In this document: positions 1 through 12,633 of the stretch, piece by piece
Numbering within the stretch: position 1 is the first letter of the stretch
How the letters are laid out: each line of letters begins with the position of its first letter
From: Pavona decussata
Taxonomy: Eukaryota
NCBI GenBank assembly: GCA_977016875.1
Contig: CDRNST010000083.1
Span: 930,001 to 994,000, forward strand
Direction: 5' to 3'
Length of the DNA stretch: 64,000 bases
Position numbers and translations under genes: made by a program
Notes under the pieces: generated by a model
What the model saw: only the letters and a program-made list of their open reading frames with translations
Database searches by the model: none
Told to the model about the DNA's origin: nothing

Positions 1-689
1 CATGTTAAAACCTCAACCTGGAATGGATAGCTTACTATAATTAGGAGCACCGTCCTGTGATGCTACCACACATTGAAGTTTAGGGGTGCTGTTATGACTT
101 TCAAATGTCTAAAAGGTTTGACTCCTTCACATCTTTGCAACAGATTGACTTTGAGATCTCAGGTCCACAGTCTTAAAGTGCAACTATTACCCCCAATTTT
201 TTTTTGCTAAACATGTTCTCCTACATTGTAATTCCCCTGATCAATTGTGCAAAAACATTTTTGAGATAGATATTAAAATCCTTGCGTTTCTACAGCTTTT
301 GAAGTTTGACTTTCTTGACCCGTTGCTGTGTGTTTAGGGACCTGGGTTCAGTTACAGAATATGTTGTGACGTCATCGAAGGAATAAACAAGAGTTGTTTC
401 GTAAGCATTTGACAGCGCTTCGATCGAACCATGAATTTCTTTAGCATATTTCATCACCATATCATCTTCAAAAGCGTCAAGATTTTGACACAATGTAAAT
501 ATGTCATTGAGTGACTCAAGCTCAGTCCTTCGATGATGTCACAGCTCATCACAGCCGAACTAGGCCCATTCTCCCTTTATGCGCGGATGCGGGTCAAAGA
601 AGTGCAGAATTTCCCAAATTTGAAAATTAATGAAAAAAAAAAGAGAAAAAAAACTTGGGCAACAATTTTTTCGCACAAGTGATCAGGCC

Positions 690-1015
690 AATAATAACCC
701 TACTAGTGCACCGAAGCTAGTATTAGCTATGTTTGACTGCCTAGGCTGCCCTAGCTAGGATGGAAATGGAATGCCACTTGAAAACATTGGCCAATTTCTT
801 CTAATTGGGTTTTTTTAGGGAAGTCACTAAAAACTCATTATAGTTACATGTACTTCTTCCTAGGAGAAATCACTAATTATTAAAATATTTTCTTCCTGGT
901 GCTCTGTGCTCTAAGAGCAATAATATTTATTTCATTTGAGCAAAACAGTTCTTTGTCAAATATTTGAGTATTGTTGATTAAAATACAGCAAAATCATCAT
1001 AACAGTGACCCTTAA
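690..1015. mobile_element. Truncated copy of the 2593-2969 MITE family
   Basis: Shares CTAGGATGGAAATGGA...CTTGAAA, TTCTTTGTCAAATATTTGAG and the CCCTTAA end. Confidence 0.65.
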
Positions 1016-1674
1016 ACACTTAAACACCCTTTCAAAATGGACTGGGTTTCATTTTGCTATTTATAATTACACCTCAATCTATGATAATCCTGGAACTGGA
1101 GAATTCATGATAAAAAATGCTTCAATACAAAGCCTCATTACAGATTCTGAGGTAAGATTCGTGAGTTGCAACTGAAGGGCAGAAAGAACTTTAAGTTGAG
1201 TTTCAGGCTGATTTTTTGCTTTCATTGCTAAAAAGTGCCTGCATTTTTGTATGTTGTTATCAATTAGACAGAGAACATTGCTCTGCCATTTTTTCTACTG
1301 CTTTACATTTAGTTTTGGAGACAAATGAGGCCAAAATATTGGGCTGGAGTCATTTCATGTTGCCCAGCAAGAATAGAATAGAATAGACTGTTTATTCACA
1401 AATACATCGCAGTCACTAGACTGAATTGCGTATTTTACAGAGAAATAGAAAAGAAGCAGACCAACAAATGCTTTGGAGCATGGAAAACAGTGTTGCTCCT
1501 TGATTAATATTTAATTGAAGGACACTTGCAAACATTCAGGCACTTCAGAACAAAATGAAAAATCAGCCAAAAATTAGTTAAAAGACGGCCGTTATATTCT
1601 CAGTCCTTCAATTCGTGTAGCCAAGGTACTTAAGTCATGTACACGACTGTGTGTATTATATTTAATATTTTTAC

Positions 1675-1761
1675 CTCACTGTAATCCAGTTTTCCATCAT
1701 TGTTTACATCTGCATCATCAAGAATTGCCTGCACTTCAGATTTAGTCATCCTTTCTCCTTG
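1675..1761 (-). CDS. EFCAB7: EFCAB7 coding exon 4 (EF-hand)
   Basis: EF-hand loop DVNNDGKLDYSE; phase 0 at both ends. Confidence 0.88.
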
Positions 1762-4700
1762 CTATTAACAGAGTCAAAAAAAAAAGAAAAGAATGGCAAT
1801 GTGAAAAAAAGCCACAGTCAATTAGTTTATGTATTGTAATTAAAAATGTTTCTACTGCCCCAATGAGAAATTATTGGGTAATAAAATTAACTTTTTAGTA
1901 AATGAAACATTGATGATTATCTCTAGAGAACTTACTGAGTAAAGAGGATTAGCTATATAATGGCGAGTCATCAATGCAAAGATTTTAATATTTAAAATGT
2001 AACAGTACATACAAACATTATTAATATGAGGAGAACTCTGATCTGTCAACTACAGCTGTACATGGAAGAAGAAACAGGTAACATACTTTTGTCAACAGTG
2101 TAAATAACTCATCATATGTTATAAATCCATCACCATTTTTGTCAATGCATTTAAATGCCTTGACCAAAGAGTCCTTGCTGGGTGGTTTTTCCTTTCTCAT
2201 GATGTCACAGAAATCATTATATGATATACTGTCTATGGAAAAAACAAAAGATAGACACACCTCACAAACTAATCATTTTTAATGCAAAAGGTCTGTAAAA
2301 AATGAAAAAAAAAAAACATGAAAAAGAAAATGAATCTATCTACAGTTCAGTAAATAACTGCCTTGCCACAGATCTTCTCATACCCAGGTTTGTTTTCTGT
2401 TTGGAGAAAACATCTGATAAAAAATTATTGGTCACATTCTGCATACATGTAGATGCAAAATTCAGAAAAAATATGTCATCAGTGACTTTTCCATCCTTCT
2501 GCGAAAGTAGTTTCTTACATTAATCCACTAAACTCCAACCCATACACGCAACACAAACATGCAAATTATTTAGACACAGTTGTCAACAAAACTTAAAGGG
2601 GCAGTGTCACCAGATTTTTTGTTACTTTGAATAGCCAAAAAACATATTTGAATTAATGGAATCGTCAAAATAATGGTTCACTTTTGTTAACAATAACCCT
2701 AATAATGCACAGAAACTAGTATTAATTATCTTTGGCTGGGGAATTGGCTAGGATGGAAATGGATTACAACTTGAAAAAATTGGCCTTCCTGTGTATTGTA
2801 GAGAAGTCCTCAAAAACTGCTTATAGTTTGTTCTTCCCCGGAAAAATCCCTTGATATTTCCTTCCCGGTACTCTAACAGCAATTTCATGTTAGAAAAAAG
2901 GTTCTTTGTCAAATATTTGAGCCATTTTGACGAAAATATAGCAAAATCGCCATGACAGTGTCCCTTTAAGCAGCAGGTTGTTTCTTAATTATCTAAACTG
3001 ACATTAAGAGGGACAAAGTGATCTTTAAAATCCATCCCAGGCAAATTCATACATTGTAAGTAAAATAAGATCAAGACCAGGTCAGATGTTACAGGATAAT
3101 GACAGCTCGGAGTCAAGAACAAGCAAAGACATAAAACCTGATCATAAATATTAAATCTAATGCTTATTACAAGCTAAGAAGTGTGTCACATAAGGTCATC
3201 AGTTTCAAGTCTAGTATTTTTAATTATTTTATCTTTCTTTGACAAAGCCTGTTTTGTCTGAGTGAATCAATCTGTTACAAGTCTAATGGAAGCCCAACTA
3301 GGGATTGTAGGAAGAGATTGCTTTCACACACAAATGTCCAGTTAAACCTCAGTTGTCAAGTTCCACTAGTTCCACAAGTTTGACCTGACATTATTGAGGT
3401 CTGGATAGACAGATTTAGTTCAGCAACCATACACTGTTCTGATGGCTACTTTCTAGCATCTACTCCAATTCAGTTGAAAAAGGCACATACACTGTACCAA
3501 CTTTTCAATACATTTGGAATTATATTCATTCAACTAATTCTCAAATTTGTCATTATAGCATTCAGGATTGTGACTTGTTACAGTACAGTCAAATCATAAT
3601 TTTATCAAGTATATGGAACCAAAGGTGAAAGTCCAAAATGTGAAAAAATAAAATTGACCAGGTTCAGTAATCATTATGTTTGCCTGTACTGCAAGCATCA
3701 ATATTTCTTTCTGGTAAAACAAGTAGTATAATCTACATGTAATTACCTGTGTCATGTTTCCAATATTTCTGCATAGACTTCACTGAGGGGTTTCTTCCAC
3801 CAAACTGAAGAGCTGAGAAGAATGGAAACCATTATATTATTATGGATCCATGAAAACATTTCTCTCATATAATAACTATAACCAATGTCCAGGTCAAAAT
3901 TGCAGTGCCACCCCTTAAGAGGAGGAACACATCATCCTGGGGAGCATGGATGGTACAGTGCCTCCCACCATATCATATGAGTTGAGTTTGTTGTTGGTTC
4001 TCAACAGTCTTTACTCCGAAAGGGATTTCTCCAGGTACGTTTTCCAACTCCAACTCAATCTGGAGAATGTCCCCAATTAGTCCTCAGCGCTAAATACATT
4101 GACAGTTACACTGTAAATAAAGTCATTTGTTTTATCCTGCAAGATCCTTTAAGGTGATTCCATCGAAAGAACATTTGTAATGAGAATTTTTTGAAAATCT
4201 CTACAGATGTTAAATACATCTAGTACATCAGAAAAACAACAAAAAAAAGAGGGGGTCACCGTGCTTGTTTTCACCCTAGAGGGCTGTAGTATCTCACTAT
4301 TTTCTCGGCATGTAGCCTCAATATTAAAAGAGCTAGTCTTCAGCGAGAAGTGCCCACTACTTCCAGAAAGTTAGTTCTGACAATGAAATACTAGCATTTT
4401 TCTTATAACAGCATTGTAACTTTGTAGTAAAACGTCATAAAGTGGCTAAATAAATTAATCCCATAGCATAATAGGGCACATTCGAGCTGTTGTATGCTTC
4501 CCGCGAAATGTCCAAAATTGATCGTAGTAGTGATTCCACAAGAATTTTTTGAAATTGAATAATGAAAAATTATTGAAACTGGGATATAACTTAGAGAGTC
4601 GTATTTTCTTTAATTTCGTTGAATAAAAAATGGGGGTCACCGTGCTCGTTTAGAAGAAAAGGACCATTTATTTTCCTGCTGAGCTTAACCTCAAGGAAAT

Positions 4701-7700
4701 CCCGCAATGTTGTGCGTGCGCGCGCTCATGCGCGCGCTCGTGCGCGCGCTTAATGACGCGAAAAATTATGCGCAGCAAGGATGCGCAATGCAATTCATTG
4801 GAATCACCTTAAGGTTACCGTATACCTTAAAGTGCCCCTAACCCTTCAATTTGTTTTCTTTTAGTAGATTTCCATATCTTTCAAGAACTCATTTTCGAAA
4901 AATTTTTTGAGAAATATTGACTCCTTTTCTTTTTACGAGCGCTAGAAGTGAAGGCAGTCTTGTCGATATTTTCACCTATCGTTCGCATTAGTCCCCCACT
5001 CGGCCAAATATGGAGCGTGACGTAAGAAAAGGACATCGTGCAAAAATATCCGAAGATTCGCAGTAATGCTTCAATTGTAAACAGAGAAAATGGTTAAAAA
5101 ATTGTGGTTTTTGGATGCAGCAACTCTCGAAATGTAGAGAAAGGAATCAGCATGCATAAGATTCCTTCTGAATCCTTCTGGTGTCCTTTTCTTACGTCAC
5201 AGCTAAGAAAGTGTCAAATATTGGACGCTTCTCATTGGCTCGTTCCTAATGAGCCCACGAGACAAAAATTTGTCCAGCGGGGCTTAAGGCGCGCAAAAAT
5301 TTAAAAATTTTAATAACTTTTAGCGCTCGTAAAATAAAAAGGATTCAATATTTCTAAAAAAAATTTTCGAAAATGAGTTCTTCACAGATATGGAAATCTA
5401 CCAAAAAGAAAACAAATTGAAGGGTTAGGGGCACTTTAAGAAGTGAATTGCCGAATTTTTCATGACATCTAAATGCGACTGTCCAGATCACCTTTTAAAA
5501 GCTACAAGTCAAAGCAAATTTTGGTTTTCACTAATTTTATTTGCTCCTCAGTTTCCGGACCCAAAGCACTAATAAAAGTTGTCCGCGTTTTACCTTATTC
5601 AATTGCAGGATTATAGGATTAAAAGAATGTGAAGTGATCGTACAAAAATCGCTGTCTGAGAAAAAAATATTTTGGAAGAAAAAATTTGCAGAGACCTTTT
5701 TGTTGTTTATATGTTAAACTAGCTACTCTCCAAATTTGAAGGGAAACAAACAAATTCCCTTAGTTTTAGCTCTTTTTTTGAAGTGTTCCCTCCAAGTGAA
5801 AAAAATGATTGGAGAAAGGATTGCTAAAAATTCAACAATTCATATTAATTCTAAATTGTTGGTATAGTTTGAAAGCCAGCTCTATTACCTTTAATTTGAT
5901 ATGGGGTTTATGTATCTACAGTAATAACTAGACGTGCTACATCGCTTGGACATGAGACACCTCTCAAGGTATACGGTAACCTTAAAGGAATTCCCAGGAT
6001 CTTAATTAAAAGCAATGACCCTGCATGCATATGATGTCATAGATCAAAGACTTATAGCCTACATAATCAGTACAGCAGGACTTCACACTTTGAAATTGTA
6101 AATGGTTTGAACCCAGGAGTCATGTCATAAGTACGTAAATTATGATCATCCGGGTGAGTGTAGTCCTGAGAAGGACTGTTTGTGGTGACTTTGACTGACG
6201 TTTCGACAACCTGAGCGGAAGTCATCTTCAGAGTCAAGAGTCATTACACCCATTTTGAAATCATTGGTGATCCTTGCAATCTGATTAGCTCTCAACAGTA
6301 CGATTTATTCCCAAATCGCACTAAATTTTGCTCTAAATCGCATCCTTTTTTTTAGCCCAACAAAATGGAAATGTAATACTACAACAATAAAAGATTAACA
6401 TTGACACTTAAACTGTGTGCTTTCAAAATAGGTGTAACAAAGTGGTAATTGAACTTCGTGTTGTGCAATTTTGGTCTGAAATTATACTTGTGATTTCAAA
6501 TCGATCTCCCGCTGCGCGCTCGTTCAATTTTGAAATCACGCGTGTGATTTCAGACCAAATTGCACTCCACTCAGTTCAATTACCATTATAAAACACACTG
6601 TTGAAAGCCAATCAGATTGTAACACCACTGATTTAAAAAATATAGCTGTTATAAAAACTGATACCAATAATTATTAGTATAAATCTACTTCATCTGCAAT
6701 AGATTAGTTATTGATACAATGTAGGTCATTACCATGTCAATAACAGTTAGGGTCAATGGACATTAAATTTTTCAGGACAACAATTTGGTGTCCACAACAG
6801 AGAAAGTCTATAAGTCCAACTCCTGTCCATAACAATGCACTAGTCGCTACTTTTATCATCCCCCACCCCACCACCACAACTACGACTGGCGGTAATGTGC
6901 AGTTCCAGAAAAAATCCATACCTAACCCATGGAAGGTCATCAGAATTTCCTGGGGGCAGGGGGTCTTAAAACGTCAAAATTTTAGAAGCAAAGTATGAAG
7001 CTAAACTGGAATTTCCTGGGAGGGGGGGGAATGAAAAACAGAAAACCTTCCATGGGGGGAGTATGGATTTTTTCTGGAACTGCACATTATTTTACCAGGC
7101 AACAGTAGCCTGAACAATATCACAACTTTGCATTAGTTTCACACATTTCCCCTGAGGGTAGTAACATATGAAATGTTGACGTTTGGGTTGTAATTTGCAT
7201 CACTTCACATGTTTAACAGTGGGAATGCCACAGTGTTCTGTACTTGTGAATTCCCCTTATCTATCCTGGGGTAACCTCATACCCAGATGTTTGTCTTTGA
7301 AGAAAACACCTGGTAAAATCGATCAGATCTCCAATTTGATTGGTCAATGAAAATGGCCCAAGGCAATCAATGCAAGTTGTATCAACTTTGTTGGCCAGTT
7401 TGCCTGACTTTTCAAATCTTTGATTTTAAACACTTGCAGACGAAAGCCTTACAAAAAATCCATCTTGACACTTGCCCTCCTGTGAAAGTGGTTACTCATA
7501 ATATTATTATTAAATTTTGACCAGTCATTATAAAATAAGCATACAATTTTAATAGTCTTATCTCTGCTAAAAGTCTTGTGGAATTTTTTGCTTATAGTAA
7601 CCTGACACGTACAACTAACTTGTATAGATAAATACAGCACACACACTTTGGAAATTACTGTCAACAAAACTTAAGTGGTGTCTTTCTTCAGTTCCCAGCA

Positions 7701-9493
7701 ATTTGAAATCATCTATTTTCACTTTTTGTATACGGTAGGTAAGATATGAACAATATTAGTATTTTTAGCGACAAATTGATCTTGAAAATCCATCTTGGGC
7801 AATTCATGAGCTACGTCTTTTTGCTACAAATGTTGAGCTGGCACAGTTATTCTATGTGTCACGCTGATGTGTCACACTGCTGACACATTATGACGTCATG
7901 AAAACGGATTTACCAGATGTTCTCTATGGAGAGCAAGAAGATATGGGTACGAGAAATCTTATATCCCAGGGGTAATTAGGGTAAACATTACTGACGAGGT
8001 GTCCATAACAACGAGGTACCTCTTTAAGGCAGGAGTCAGTTGGCTGTACAAAAAGCTAAACACACCACTGATTGATTTCAATTGATCCAATCACTTGTGA
8101 TCGTTGATTTTCGCTTAAGCAGGTCTCAAAGTCAATTATATGCCTGTAAGCACCTGTTTTGCCAGATCATGATTAAAACACCACACGAGTACATACGGGT
8201 AACATACGGAACATACGGATACATACGAATACATACGACTAACATACGACTAACATACCAGTAACATACGAGTAACATAGGGATACATACGACTAACATA
8301 TGGATACATACAAATACATACGAGTAATACGAATGTTTTTCTTATAAAGGAAGCTCTAATTATAAGCTTTGCAAGCATTTTTCACGTCAGCAAACACGTA
8401 CCCGGTCCAATTTGAGGGGGGAGAGGAGAATGTTGATCGACCCCCCAAAGCTTAAATTTAGTCACAATAAAATAAATTCACATGGAGTGCAAAATTATTA
8501 GCTTGTGCTACAAGATGACAATATATTTTGCATGGCGCTGACGTCGTATGACGTCAGCAAATCCACCATCTTGATTTCACTATTTCACCTTAGTTGGTTA
8601 TGAGAAATGGCAAAAAATCAGTGCAAAATCAAGCCAGAAGCTTAAATGTAACCATGTACATGTAAAAATGTTGAATTTTCGGAACAGTTGACACATTAAA
8701 AAATTCCGCACATCGGATTACCTGGCATGACCCCAGGCCATCAGTTTAATATCAAATATCTTTGCCCTTATAACGCAATCTTTCCTTAGTCGGGGAAGTA
8801 ATGCGTGACGAGTAAATATCAAATATCTTTTGCTCTCTCATGTTATTAAAAAAAATAAAAATAAAAATTTACTCCTATGAACTTAACTCGTATTTTTTCG
8901 TATTTTATTACTCGTATGTATCCGTATGTTAGTCGTATGTATCCGTATGTTACTCGTTTGTTAGTCGTATGTTAGTCGTATGTGTTCGTATGTATCCGTA
9001 TGTTCCGTATGTTACTCGTATGTTACCCGTATGTTAGTCGTATGTACTCGTGTGGTGTTTTAGTCATGATCGTTTTGCCATACGGTCCGGGTATTCTGGC
9101 AGGACTTAAATGAATCAGCTTCTTACTTCTGCAGCAACTCGAGCAATGTCAGAATGAATTCTCTTGGTCTCTATTTGAATATAAAAATAGAATGAACCAA
9201 GCGTCTTCTTCTCTTTTACTTGAGGTGCTGAGCTTACAAAACTAATGTAACTTTTAATGAATATTTTAAAAACATTCTATCTTACCTAGAGTCAGTTCAT
9301 CGATGGAGGTGATTTTCTCCGTCGTACTGCTTAAAACAGCCAAGTATGCAGCCCGGCATTCCTTCATAAAGTTGTCAAATTTTGCAGTCGATTCGCGCCG
9401 AACTTTCTCAGAGAAAGACACATTGGATGCTCGAGATGACACGCTAGAATTTGAAGACCTTCTCAGAGGTTTGGATCGCTTTATCTCTGACAT
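1675..9493 (-). CDS. EFCAB7: EF-hand calcium-binding domain-containing protein 7, 5' part (3' exons lie left of the window)
   Basis: Phase-compatible GT-AG exons 9286-9493, 3747-3812, 2087-2232, 1675-1761 give MSEIKRSKP...FMKECRAAYLAVLSSTTEKITSIDELTL-ALQFGGRNPSVKSMQKYWKHDT-DSISYNDFCDIMRKEKPPSKDSLVKAFKCIDKNGDGFITYDELFTLLTK-QGERMTKSEVQAILDDADVNNDGKLDYSE. This matches the EFCAB7 N-terminus as I recall it (CRAAYL, ALQxxGRNPS, FCxIxRKEKP, two EF-hand loops). Confidence 0.9.
2087..2232 (-). CDS. EFCAB7: EFCAB7 coding exon 3 (EF-hand)
   Basis: EF-hand loop DKNGDGFITYDE; TAG acceptor and GTATG donor. Confidence 0.9.
2593..2969. mobile_element. Non-autonomous TTAA-flanked DNA transposon (Kolobok-like MITE)
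   Basis: TTAA-AGGGGCAGTGTCA ... TGACAGTGTCCCT-TTAA terminal inverted repeats; the internal sequence recurs at about 690-1015 and 53846-54221. Confidence 0.75.
3747..3812 (-). CDS. EFCAB7: EFCAB7 coding exon 2
   Basis: CAG acceptor and GTAAT donor; encodes ALQFGGRNPSVKSMQKYWKHDT; not in the ORF track. Confidence 0.85.
3940..4122 (+). mobile_element. Degenerate SINE-like fragment
   Basis: GGGGAGCATGGATGGTACAGTG head, GTTGAGTTTGTTGTTGGTTCTC core and AAATAAAG tail resemble tRNA-derived SINEs. Confidence 0.4.
4149..4812. mobile_element. TTAA-flanked non-autonomous DNA transposon A
   Basis: TTAA-GGTGATTCCA ... TGGAATCACC-TTAA; internal GGGGTCACCGTGCT motif twice. Confidence 0.75.
4809..5985. mobile_element. 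TTAA-flanked non-autonomous DNA transposon B (host of element C)
   Basis: TTAA-GGTTACCGTATACC ... GGTATACGGTAACC-TTAA. Confidence 0.78.
4827..5439. mobile_element. Kolobok-like element C with long TIRs and a THAP-domain remnant
   Basis: TTAA target duplication; about 120 bp TIRs AGTGCCCCTAACCCTTCAATTTG.../...CAAATTGAAGGGTTAGGGGCACT; frameshifted THAP-like start MVK/VVFGCSNSRNVEKGISMHKIP at 5090-5166. Confidence 0.8.
6191..6237 (-). ncRNA. Minimal type I hammerhead ribozyme (Penelope/retrozyme type)
   Basis: Minus strand reads UUGACU-CUGAAGA-U-GAC(13 nt)GUC-GAAACGUC-AGUCAA: 6-bp stem I, intact CUGAnGA and GAAA core, palindromic minimal stem III, GUC cleavage triplet. Confidence 0.8.
6441..6589. 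mobile_element. Palindromic MITE-like hairpin element
   Basis: TGGTAATTGAACT...GTGCAATTTTGGTCTGAAAT is mirrored by ATTTCAGACCAAATTGCAC...AGTTCAATTACCA. Confidence 0.7.
6893..7089. mobile_element. MITE with about 27 bp TIRs, TA-flanked
   Basis: ATGTGCAGTTCCAGAAAAAATCCATAC ... GTATGGATTTTTTCTGGAACTGCACAT. Confidence 0.8.
8156..9080. mobile_element. Foldback/Mutator-like element with 9-bp target duplication and tandem subterminal arrays
   Basis: GTTTTGCCA at 8156-8164 and 9072-9080; TIRs GATCATGAYTAAAACACCACACGAGTACATACG; ACATACG-core arrays in inverted orientation at the two ends. Confidence 0.85.
9286..9493 (-). CDS. EFCAB7: EFCAB7 coding exon 1
   Basis: ATG at 9493, in-frame TAG upstream at 9533-9535, donor GTAAG at 9285, phase 1. 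Confidence 0.85.
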
Positions 9494-10512
9494 ATCTTCC
9501 GTGAGATCTTCTGTCACATAATCTTTGTTTTCCTAGCCATCAATGCGCAAGTTGTGGATCTAACAAGAAATACAACCCACAGCTCGAAATGGAGCTTTGT
9601 TGTCTGCTCACAACCTCGTCCCCAGGGCTTTTCCTTTCTCGTTAACCGGTTCGGTCGTCTTCATCCCGCAGAGGGTCACAGAGCGACAATCAGAAAAGTC
9701 GTCTTCCTTCTGCTACGTTTTGTCTCCCACAGAATTTGTGGCCATTTAATGCGGGTTTTAGTTTCGGTCTTGTTACCTACAGAAGCTGGGCTTTCTTCTT
9801 CTTCCTATACAAAGTCTATAAATCAACATGACGTTCATGTTGTCGAATGAAGCCCAGTTGTGAAGGTGTGAAGGGCATGCTCTGTCTGTATAAACCGAAG
9901 TTAATTTTACTCACGCATTGAGGTCAAGGCAAGTCATGCACCCCCTGTTAAGGTCTAAATCTCTTAGTTCCTATTGGAACCAGCAAGTTAAAAGTACAAA
10001 CAGGTCTCACAAGGTAACGCTATTTTTGCACATACATGTACTTTGTTTCTCTTGCAAAGTCACGAAAATCTGACAATGAAAGTGCAGTTTTGATTGGCAC
10101 TTAGCGGGCTCTGTAAAACTGAGGCTACCTATGGTTGCACGCTAAATGCTAATGATGTCGACGATAGTAAATTTTGTGTTAGATGTTTTTCACGAGGACA
10201 GGATAGCAGTTGTCCACCCGATTAGTTGTCACGGTCGTTGTCACGCAATACACAAGTCAACCCCTTTCCCAGGATCCTCTCTCTTCCTCCTCGCTTGAGA
10301 GGAAGAGTTCTTTGGGATCTTCAGAAATGATGTAGAGTAATTTTCTCGTGCGGGATGCACTATGGACGAAATTCAGCTATCCAGGTTTCTTTTCTTTTCT
10401 AGGAATATAACGATGCACATTATTAACGCGAATTAATAATTTACGTCATTGTTAATTAAAATCACACTATTTTATAACATCGTTATTTTAAGACACCTTT
10501 ATTCCCAACAAG

Positions 10513-10910
10513 TTACATGTCATCTACCTCTCCGTCAGAGTCAGTCGACACATCGTCATTCAATATTGATTTTAAGATGTCTTTAGATTCATCAATGTAA
10601 CGATCGTTATCTCCAAGGGGTTAGTTCACTTCTTCTACTTTCTTGTGCAAAATGTCCATCGCCTTTCTGTCTTCCCGTTTTACAGTCACCTCAATAGGAA
10701 TTTCCAGACCGCCTTGATGTCAGCTCCTTTCTGCGGTGCATACCAGATCAGATATCAGCTCAGTTCTATTGGAACATGTCCCACATTAGAAGGAATAGGG
10801 TTCCCTGCAATATTGTTTGCCCAGTGACTGCAAACTGGTCGTGTTTATTAGGGAGTATCCAAACCTGTTGGTATCCAGGGATCGGAGGTACCGGGTTCCT
10901 CCCTCGCACG
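10513..10910 (-). pseudogene. Decayed HIRAN-like domain gene fragment, probably transposon-derived
   Basis: Across frameshifts and stops: PNKHDQFAV...VGHVPIELS*YLIWY...QGGLEIPIEVTV...acidic tail DDVSTDSDGEVDDM*; motif order N-x-HD-x-FAV, VGHVP-x-E, GGLEIP is typical of HIRAN-like proteins. Confidence 0.6.
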
Positions 10911-12597
10911 TCCACAGGCTCTTTTGGCTCATCATGCATTCTTTCCTCCCCAACGAATTGCGTGACGAGCCAAAGTAGGGGATAAAAGTACTGGGATAGA
11001 TCGCCTCCGCTGGGGAGCGCGGGAAAAGCCACTCAGGGGAGCAATTTTCCCGTGCGCATACGCGTTCGTTCTAATATGAGAAATTTGACCGCAGGGGCAC
11101 TTGAACCCATAGGGGCCCTCACGCTCCATCCGTTTCCAAACAATGACTAAAATCTTTTTAAATCTTCTATAAACATCTTGGCCATAGAATTGTCAGAAGC
11201 GCTTTTGATCATTTTTATGTTAAAAGCGCTATATTTAAGTGAATAAATTATTATTTTTAGTTATGAACATGTTTATGAATCTGTCCTCACCATTCCATAA
11301 CTTTTCAGGGCATCATTGCGATCGACATTGGGCATCATTTGTGGTTCAATTTGGTGACCATTCCCGACGCGCTACATTAGTATTAGCAAACAGCTTGCTT
11401 TTATTGTATTTATATCTTGTTTGTTCGTTCGTCTTTTAATAATTTAACCGTTCGCCTCAAGGTCAAGCTGGTAAGTTGTGAATTCCGTACTTTTACTAAA
11501 ATTTGAAGATTTTGGCAAAGCCCACGTAGACTTAGAAAGAAAATACAAAAACTAAGAGGAACAAAGCGAAGTAATCCCAACGGCGCACTATTGTTATCCT
11601 TATTGTTTCCTTTGAACAAAGACTGTATGCATAATAAATGTATGGGGCTGTGCGGAAATCTTGCCAAAATTTGATGTTCTTAAAAATAGCTCATAGACGC
11701 CTCCGTAAGGCCTCGAAGCGTCGATTTCCTAGCCTGCGTGCAGACGTCTCGTATTTCCTTAGGGAAAAAGGAAACCTCTGCACGCAAGCTACAAATTTCC
11801 GCGGAAGGCTGTCAGCTTTGACATTCCCTCAGGATAGACTATCATCGGGTGACTATCAGCTATTTGTTAATACTGAGACGAGCAGCGTAGACAATCAGAT
11901 TACAGCATTCGTGATAGAATGTTAGTGATTTATACCAATAAATATAAGACCACAAAGATCGTCGAGCCCTCGGGTAACAGAATAGCTGGAGGGGCTCGGT
12001 CCAGTTGGTGGGATCGGAGTGGTGGACGAGGAGAGAAAATATGCGAAGAAGTTGTTTCTGTTGCACTCACTTATTTTCGTGTTCTCCTTTCACTGTCAGG
12101 CTTAAAAAACCGAGCGCTGTTAGTTATTTTCTCAACCAAGGGAACATCCAAGTATGCTATTGAACTTAGCTAGTGTGATGTCAGGACTGAATAACATGGG
12201 TCGACTGTTATTTCTTGTCAGTTCAGCGAGGACCTAACTGTAGAAGGCAAGGCTCGCAAGTTTAAAATTAAGCGAAAAAGAAAGAGACCAATATTTTCTC
12301 AAACGAGACCGAACAAGCTAGTCCAGTAAAGGTTTTACTATCGTTGCTCTTAAACACATTTGCCGACAGCAAGCATATCAGACTCGTTTATCATTCGCAG
12401 CTGTCAATGAATATGCTTAATCCAAAACTTTTATGTTAACTAATGTTTAATTATAAATCTGTTGTTAGATTACTGTAAAAGTTAACATTTGTATGGTACT
12501 TTTATTAGTTTATTAATCTTTTGTAGTTATTCAGAAAATGTATGTAAAAGTTACGGAATTCAGTATTATTTTCTGCAAAGTAACTTCAATAAAACCG

Positions 12598-12628
<31 letters not shown>
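12598..12628. repeat. (GTCT)n microsatellite
   Basis: Read directly. Confidence 0.9.

Positions 12629-12633
<5 letters not shown>

Noticed and set aside
8165-9071. Regular short repeats resembling a CRISPR array
   Set aside because: No unique spacers; they are subterminal arrays of a TIR element with a 9-bp target duplication in eukaryotic DNA
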